Shown: positions 52,931 to 58,240 of the stretch, piece after piece
Layout of the letters: each line of letters opens with the position of its first letter
Numbering within the stretch: position 1 is the stretch's first letter
DNA from: a virus
Lineage: Duplodnaviria > Caudoviricetes
DNA length: 64,000 bases
Strand: one strand, 5' to 3'
Virus record (IMG/VR): IMGVR_UViG_3300012956_000012
Span: 41,975-105,974 of that record
Program-made: the position numbers and the translations under genes
Notes under the pieces: generated by a model
Seen by the model: only the letters and a program-made list of their open reading frames with translations
Databases searched by the model: none
What the model was told of the DNA's origin: nothing

Positions 52931-54860
52931 ATCAGCAGGAGGTACAAGTAAAATTATAACTCCATTGGCACCACATCAAAAAGTAGTATCAAACTTTTTA
53001 AGATCAAATGATATATCAATTCTAATTGGGCAAGCTGGTACCGGTAAGGATTTTGTACAACTTCACCGGGCAGTGGACGGACTTTTAAAGAAAGAGTTCG
53101 AAAAGATTGTCATTACAAAACCTGCGGTAGAAGTAGGAAAATCAATCGGTTTCCTTCCTGGACCTCAACCTTTAGACAGTAAGGTACTGACGCCAAATGG
53201 TTGGGCGACTATAGAAAATATAGAAGTTGAAGATAGTGTTATAGGTAAGGATGGTAAAGCATATAAAGTTACTAACAAAAGCTCTGTAAACAAAGAGCCA
53301 GTCTACCTAGTAAAAACAACAGATGGTAGGGAAATGGAGTGTTCCACATTACACTTGATGCATACACTAGATGCTAATGATAAAAAACATAGGCTAGATA
53401 AAAAGAAATATAAAAAAGATTATAGTGGTAGTGTTAAGACATTAAAAGAAATTATTAGCACATTATATACAAAAAATGGTAGACCCAACCATTACATAAA
53501 TTACTGTAGTCCTATCGAATTTGAAAGCGTAGAAAAATTTATACACCCATATTTACTAGGGGCAATACTGGGAGATGGGTTTATATCAGATAGTGTAGGT
53601 GTTTCCAATACTGATGAAGAACTTATAACTAAGTGTAAAAATATTTGTAAGGATATGGGTCTTATTATGAACGGAGGTGCTAATGATTCTATAACTTACT
53701 ACATTTCTAGTAGTAAGGAGAACAATAAGCCTGCAAAAGAAGTTATTATTACGAATATTTCTACTAAAGATGAAAGGAGATACAAGACTATCGGTGAGGC
53801 TTTAAAATATGAAGAGATAAAAAGAGGTACACTAAATAGTAGGTGTAAATCTGAATCCATAGTTGGTGAGCTACAGTACTCCTTTGGTGAAAAAGAGGGT
53901 GTATATACGAACCCAATAAAAGAGGAACTTAGAAAATTAGGGTTAGATGGTAAAGGCGCAAAAGAGAAGTTTATACCTGATAAATATATATATTGCTCCA
54001 GTATAGAAGAGAGGGTAGAACTCCTAAGAGGATTGATGGATACGGATGGTACATGTGATAAACGTGCTGCAGCATATACCACTATATCAAAACAACTTGC
54101 AGAAGGAGTTGTTGAGTTAATTAGGTCACTTGGAGGCAGAGCAACCATTTATAAGAGAAACCGTGTGGGAAGAAGATCGCACGTAACTAAAACTGGTCAC
54201 GAGGTTATTTCACGTCACCCAAGTTATGAAGTTGTTGTAAATTTAGATTTCAACCCATTTTATATCAGTAGAAAAGCTAAAAATTACAACCCTGCGTACA
54301 GACATCTTATAGGAATAAAGTCTGTAGAAATTGTAAGAGAGGATTATGTTCAGTGTATAAAAACATCTGCACCAGATGGGCTGTACATAACGAATAACTA
54401 CATTGTGACACATAATAGTACAGATGAAAAACTATTTCCATACGAAAGGTCATTTTTTGAAAATCTAGAGAAACTTGTAGGTAAACAAACTGCTACTAGT
54501 ATAAAATCTAAGATTAGTTTCGAGCATGTAGGATTTATACGTGGGAATACATTCCCAGAACACAGCGCTGTCATAATCAGCGAGCTGCAAAATTTTACGT
54601 TGCACGAATTAATCACCTATGTCACTCGTCTACCAGAGTCTTCCAAACTATTTATGAACGGGGATCCGGACCAAATTGATATTAAAGGCTCAGGTATTTT
54701 TGATTTTCTAAAAATTATGGAAGGGCTGGAAGGCGTTGGAGTTATGGAACTTGATCCGGAAGTACACCAAATGAGACGAAAATTGATAGTGGATATTATG
54801 AGACGCTATAAAAATTTTAAGGATGACAAAACAAAGGTACGATCAAATAAGGAACACTAA
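52902..54860 (+). CDS. phoH: PhoH-family ATPase containing an intein
   Basis: GQAGTGKD, ITKPAVE, GFLPG, FIRGNTF, SELQN and NGDPDQID motifs. Confidence 0.93.
   Translation: MRMREKRLDKSAGGTSKIITPLAPHQKVVSNFLRSNDISILIGQAGTGKDFVQLHRAVDGLLKKEFEKIVITKPAVEVGKSIGFLPGPQPLDSKVLTPNGWATIENIEVEDSVIGKDGKAYKVTNKSSVNKEPVYLVKTTDGREMECSTLHLMHTLDANDKKHRLDKKKYKKDYSGSVKTLKEIISTLYTKNGRPNHYINYCSPIEFESVEKFIHPYLLGAILGDGFISDSVGVSNTDEELITKCKNICKDMGLIMNGGANDSITYYISSSKENNKPAKEVIITNISTKDERRYKTIGEALKYEEIKRGTLNSRCKSESIVGELQYSFGEKEGVYTNPIKEELRKLGLDGKGAKEKFIPDKYIYCSSIEERVELLRGLMDTDGTCDKRAAAYTTISKQLAEGVVELIRSLGGRATIYKRNRVGRRSHVTKTGHEVISRHPSYEVVVNLDFNPFYISRKAKNYNPAYRHLIGIKSVEIVREDYVQCIKTSAPDGLYITNNYIVTHNSTDEKLFPYERSFFENLEKLVGKQTATSIKSKISFEHVGFIRGNTFPEHSAVIISELQNFTLHELITYVTRLPESSKLFMNGDPDQIDIKGSGIFDFLKIMEGLEGVGVMELDPEVHQMRRKLIVDIMRRYKNFKDDKTKVRSNKEH
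53163..54416 (+). mobile_element. 418-aa intein with LAGLIDADG endonuclease, class 3-like (Pro1)
   Basis: Boundaries GFLPG|PQPLDSKVLTPNGW...VQCIKT...YIVTHN|S. LAGLIDADG motifs YLLGAILGDG and LLRGLMDTDG. Confidence 0.9.
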
Positions 54861-55023
54861 AGAATTTCTATACACTTATTTTGTAGAAGAAAGTAAGTCT
54901 AAGGTTTCGCCACAGGAGTTCAATAACAGCCTCCAGATGTGGTTCCTTATGATGGGTCAGGTAGATTTATCAAATGCTGTGGCGACTATTGTAAGATATC
55001 TAGACAACATTAACAGATCTTAA
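54823..55023 (+). CDS. Hypothetical protein
   Basis: Small ORF overlapping the phoH end. Confidence 0.5.
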   Translation: MTKQRYDQIRNTKEFLYTYFVEESKSKVSPQEFNNSLQMWFLMMGQVDLSNAVATIVRYLDNINRS

Positions 55024-55033
55024 CAAAAAATAC

Positions 55034-55064
55034 TTGCACAGATAAATAAAGCACTTTATCTTTG
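55034..55064 (+). promoter_or_regulatory. Bacteroidota sigma-A-type promoter (TTG...TATCTTTG)
   Basis: TTG at 55034 and TAnnTTTG at 55057-55064, upstream of ssb and the RNA cluster. Confidence 0.75.
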
Positions 55065-55084
55065 CATCATAAACGAAGGACAAG

Positions 55085-55825
55085 ATGAATTATTTTAATT
55101 TTAAGATCTCCTCAAAGCAAGGAGAATTTTACCAAAGCAGCAGCACACCTCAAGAAGGTTATCAAGCTGTAGAGTATGGAACGCCAGTAAAGACTACGTA
55201 CCATAAATACTATAAAAGTTTAGCAGGTACTGTTAATTCTTTTGGTGTTAAAGAAGTACAATACGAAGGAAAGACTTTGAAGTTTTTACAGTTATCATTG
55301 AAAGATGGTGAGAATTTGTATCAGATTTCAGTTACCTTAAACAACCAAAAAGGTACTAACTATTCTGATGAAGCAAAAGCCTTGATTGGAGCTATGCGTG
55401 GATACAAAGCTGGAGAGCCGGTAAGAGCGTCAGTAAGTTATAAAACTACTACGTCGGCTAATGGTAAAGAGTACAAAAACTGTAATTTCTATTTGAATTA
55501 CGAAAACATTAAAAACGATGCTGGCAAAAATGCTTCGACCGGTTATATTCCTTTCGATGAAATTCCACGAGCTGAGGTTGAGGAAGTGGCAGGAGAAAAA
55601 TCTTACACATTCAAAGCACAGAAAAATTTCTACTACGGAATTTTAATGGAGTTATCTGAGAAGTTTAAGTTCGAATCTGCTCCAGCTATGAGTCCTGCTC
55701 CAAGCTCAACAGCTGAACCTTCTCCAACAGGTAATGCTCAACAGCCAGTAGTAGCTTACCAACAGGAGGCACCTCCAGCAGCGGCGGCAATACCTACTGG
55801 CCAAAAAGATGACTTACCATTTTAA
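55085..55825 (+). CDS. ssb: Single-stranded DNA-binding protein
   Basis: P/A/Q-rich linker and acidic C-terminal DDLPF tip; highly expressed codon style. Confidence 0.75.
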   Translation: MNYFNFKISSKQGEFYQSSSTPQEGYQAVEYGTPVKTTYHKYYKSLAGTVNSFGVKEVQYEGKTLKFLQLSLKDGENLYQISVTLNNQKGTNYSDEAKALIGAMRGYKAGEPVRASVSYKTTTSANGKEYKNCNFYLNYENIKNDAGKNASTGYIPFDEIPRAEVEEVAGEKSYTFKAQKNFYYGILMELSEKFKFESAPAMSPAPSSTAEPSPTGNAQQPVVAYQQEAPPAAAAIPTGQKDDLPF

Positions 55826-55834
55826 ATAATGGTA

Positions 55835-55927
55835 GTGGATGTATCTCAGTCCGGTAGAGTACTGCTCCCTATTATGTAGGGGATAAATAATGGCAGGAGG
55901 TCATTGGTTCGAATCCAATCATCCACA
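55835..55927 (+). ncRNA. tRNA-like RNA with a 25-nt expanded anticodon loop
   Basis: Acceptor GTGGATG/CATCCAC, D arm with GG, anticodon stem CTGCT/GGCAG, and T arm ATTGG-TTCGAAT-CCAAT. Confidence 0.8.
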
Positions 55928-55929
55928 CT

Positions 55930-56172
55930 ATGGAAAATCAATTAGAAAGAGAGATCTCTTATGGAGAGAAAGCAGTGGGGATTACATTTAATCCAGGTAA
56001 CAGTGATGAGGTATACAAGGTAAAAGCTTTGTGTGCCGAATTAATTAACCAAATGAATGACTTGCGTTTAGCAACCCGTAATTCTGAGCAAACACGCTTA
56101 GGATCTATCGCAATTACAGAATTGCAAACAGCTCAAATGTGGTGTGTAAAAGCCATTACTTGGCAAGATTAA
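55930..56172 (+). CDS. Acb2/Tad1-like helical-hairpin protein (candidate nucleotide-signal sponge)
   Basis: GEKAVGITFNP...VKALCAELI...RLGSIAITELQTAQMWCVKAIT pattern. Confidence 0.6.
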   Translation: MENQLEREISYGEKAVGITFNPGNSDEVYKVKALCAELINQMNDLRLATRNSEQTRLGSIAITELQTAQMWCVKAITWQD

Positions 56173-56176
56173 AATT

Positions 56177-56353
56177 TTGATCGTGGCGGAATTAGACGCT
56201 ATTACATATTAGATAAGACACACCGAAACAAGGCGGACGGCGACACCTGGTGAGTTAACACCTACCAGTCTTTTTGGACTGCAAATCCAAAAAACTCTAA
56301 TATGTAACTTGGAGAGCTCAGGCTTACTACAGGTTCAAGTCCTGTCGATCAAA
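56177..56353 (+). ncRNA. tRNA-scaffold RNA with a large insert in place of the anticodon arm, containing an internal Cys(GCA) anticodon hairpin
   Basis: Acceptor TTGATCG/CGATCAA, D arm GCG-GAATTAGA-CGC, 12-bp helix 56202-56213/56296-56307, and T arm ACAGG-TTCAAGT-CCTGT. Confidence 0.75.
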
Positions 56354-56360
56354 ATTAAAA

Positions 56361-56529
56361 AGATACGTGGCCGAATTTAAGGCATGTTAGTTACACTATT
56401 GATGATCTGCATTTATGCAAACCTTCAACGAGGTCGGGAGGATCACTTTCTCAGGTCAGAAGATCCGTAACCTTGGGAACCCGTAATAGTAGTTTCTAGA
56501 GCTTGCAGGTGAAAGTCCTGTCGTATTTT
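56361..56529 (+). ncRNA. tRNA-scaffold RNA with a large structured insert
   Basis: Acceptor AGATACG/CGTATTT, D arm GCC-GAATTTAA-GGC, helix ACTATTG/TAATAGT, and T arm GCAGG-TGAAAGT-CCTGT. Confidence 0.7.
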
Positions 56530-56539
56530 TAACTAAAAT

Positions 56540-56613
56540 GCCCCCGTAGTTCAGCTGTATAGAACAACATTTTTCTAAAGTGAAGGTCCCAGGTTAGAGT
56601 CCTGGCGGGGGTA
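56540..56613 (+). tRNA. tRNA-Arg (UCU)
   Basis: Cloverleaf with acceptor GCCCCCG/CGGGGGT and anticodon loop TT-TCT-AA. Confidence 0.85.
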
Positions 56614-56630
56614 CTACCATACATAAAGTA

Positions 56631-56727
56631 AAGGCTTTACATGGAGTAGGTAACGTGTAAAGATCAGTGGAGGAATAACTCTGAAATCCAAAGGCTGCTG
56701 ACCGACCTGTATAGGAAATAGCCTTGG
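56631..56727 (+). ncRNA. Candidate ~95-nt structured RNA between two tRNAs
   Basis: Helices CTTTACATG/CGTGTAAAG, TCAGT/GCTGA, TGGA/TCCA, CCT/AGG and AAGGCT/AGCCTT. Confidence 0.45.
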
Positions 56728-56732
56728 TAAAC

Positions 56733-56814
56733 GCTCGGATGGTGGAATTGGTAGACACACTGGATTTAGGATCCAGCGCTAAAAAGCATGAGAGTTCGAG
56801 TCTCTCTTCGAGCA
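56733..56814 (+). tRNA. tRNA-Leu (UAG)
   Basis: Type II cloverleaf with CTGGA-TTTAGGA-TCCAG anticodon arm and GAGAG-TTCGAGT-CTCTC T arm. Confidence 0.93.
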
Positions 56815-56872
56815 CTAACATAAAATATGCGCAATATCATAGTTAAAGATATTATGCAAAATATATGATAAT

Positions 56873-57097
56873 ATGAAAAATTACGTAGTTGGAATACTTT
56901 CAATGTTTGAAAATAACTTAAAGCTGTTTAAAGTCTCAGCTGATAATGAGTATGAGGCTGTCAAAAAAGGAATGCTCATATTTAGCAATAACGATAGTAA
57001 TGAATTAGAATGGCAGAATTCAGACGACTATCCAAAAGACATGGAAGGATTAATTACAGCGTATGAAGAACTTCCGTTCGATGTTATGGAAATTTAA
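56873..57097 (+). CDS. Hypothetical acidic protein inside the RNA cluster
   Basis: 74-aa ORF with an AT-rich upstream region. Confidence 0.6.
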   Translation: MKNYVVGILSMFENNLKLFKVSADNEYEAVKKGMLIFSNNDSNELEWQNSDDYPKDMEGLITAYEELPFDVMEI

Positions 57098-57102
57098 AAC
57101 AC

Positions 57103-57477
57103 TAGCATGAGGTAGCCGACCCTCACACATTTTAAACAAAAAAGGATTCACAGTTGGAGAACTGTGCGGACGGGCTAAACATTTATCCCTTGTACTCATC
57201 ACTGACATTAGTGTCATAAGTGTTACATAAAGATATCAGACGTAATTCTGAACACACCGGTACCTTGAGAAAGTACCACTGAACAAAGGCCAAGAATGAA
57301 ACCAAGCCCGAAAGGGACGGAATACACAGTACGGACGGTGTGAATGAGATCTCAGCAAGTGAATAGGGACCAGATACGCAACTGGCACGGGATTTCTCTC
57401 AGGTAGAGATATTCACATGACCCTACTCTAAGAGGCCTACACTTTTAATGTAGAGAGCCTGTAGAAAGAGGGTGCTA
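57103..57477 (+). ncRNA. Candidate large (~375 nt) structured non-coding RNA
   Basis: No ORF in the track. Closing helices TAGCA/TGCTA and CCCTC/GAGGG, with about ten internal helices. Confidence 0.65.
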
Positions 57478-57523
57478 ACATGTTGATTTAGGTAAGCCTT
57501 GGCAGTGGGTGTAACTGTCAATT

Positions 57524-57597
57524 GGTCTCATAGCTCAGTTGGTCAGAGCGTCAGACTCATAATCTGAGGGTCGCAGGTTCAAGTCCTGCTGGGATCA
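57524..57597 (+). tRNA. tRNA with CAT anticodon (Ile2-like; elongator Met not excluded)
   Basis: TCAGA-CTCATAA-TCTGA anticodon arm with canonical D and T arms. Confidence 0.9.
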
Positions 57598-57603
57598 CTA
57601 AAT

Positions 57604-57751
57604 AGCTGTGTAGCAGTTGAGGTCGCGCCAAAAACTGTGAGTGGGATAGTAGGAAGCTTAAATGCACCATGCTGATGTTATGACGTCTTTATTCGGTGAT
57701 GGCATTGCAAGATAGACTGCTACGTCGTATGTTCGATTCATACCACAGCCA
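57604..57751 (+). ncRNA. tRNA-like RNA (acceptor stem plus T arm) with a ~110-nt insert
   Basis: GCTGTG/CACAGC acceptor, GTATG-TTCGATT-CATAC T arm, TAGCAGT/ACTGCTA helix and an internal hairpin at 57661-57706. Confidence 0.7.
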
Positions 57752-57767
57752 CTTGCTAAAAAATGTT

Positions 57768-57798
57768 AAAGTGCGGCGAAAGTTGCACTTTTTCTTTT
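57768..57798 (+). terminator. Intrinsic terminator closing the ssb-RNA operon
   Basis: AAAGTGCGGC-GAAA-GTTGCACTTT followed by TTCTTTT. Confidence 0.75.
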
Positions 57799-57805
57799 AT
57801 ATTTG
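57798..57805 (+). promoter_or_regulatory. Bacteroidota-type -7 element (TATATTTG)
   Basis: Matches TAnnTTTG just after the terminator and upstream of ATG 57823. Confidence 0.55.
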
Positions 57806-57822
57806 TAGAAATATTTAAAATA

Positions 57823-58065
57823 ATGGATGTAAACATTGCAATATTAAAAAATCAGCTGAAGGTGATTAAATCTACCTTACCTAGTAAGTGTACGTATTTA
57901 GATTTAGAAAAGGGACCAAAGTCTATGGGCGGAGAGTTTTTTATCAGAGCTTGCTTTAAAGGTGGAAAACAAAAATCTTACAATTTACCTCAAGACTTGT
58001 CCCGAATGAGTGCAGCTTACTACGATCGAATTTGGCAACTTGTAAAAGACGAATGTGATGCCTAA
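57823..58065 (+). CDS. Hypothetical protein
   Basis: The start is reassigned to ATG 57823 because the longer call spans the terminator and promoter. Confidence 0.55.
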   Translation: MDVNIAILKNQLKVIKSTLPSKCTYLDLEKGPKSMGGEFFIRACFKGGKQKSYNLPQDLSRMSAAYYDRIWQLVKDECDA

Positions 58066-58240
58066 GTACAAAGAGATTTACGACGAATTAAAAAAATCAG
58101 GGGACCTATCAGAGATGTTTCCTTTTTTAACAGGTAGCTGGTCAAAAGACAAAGCTCAATTTATTAGGATCCAAGAGAATCCAACTTTATTTCAGGATGA
58201 CTTTCCTGATTTTGAATCTGACTTAGAAGATTATGAGTAA
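58058..58240 (+). CDS. Hypothetical protein
   Basis: Coupled small ORF with an acidic tail. Confidence 0.55.
   Translation: MPKYKEIYDELKKSGDLSEMFPFLTGSWSKDKAQFIRIQENPTLFQDDFPDFESDLEDYE

Noticed and set aside
56691-56727. Hammerhead ribozyme (CTGA..GA...GAAA-like bases)
   Set aside because: The core spacing is CTGACCGA rather than CTGANGA, and a complete three-stem junction cannot be drawn.
56594-56821. 75-aa minus-strand ORF
   Set aside because: It is the antisense read of tRNA-Arg and tRNA-Leu, a typical shadow ORF.
56311-57404. Glycine riboswitch (GGAGA and CTCTCAGG motifs)
   Set aside because: The motif order and spacing do not fit the aptamer, and no regulated gene lies downstream.
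56177-57751. tmRNA or RNase P RNA identity for the unusual RNAs
   Set aside because: There is no GGGG start, G3-U70 Ala acceptor or convincing tag ORF, and no RNase P GAGGAAAGTCC core. The tRNA-like elements are also too short for tmRNA.
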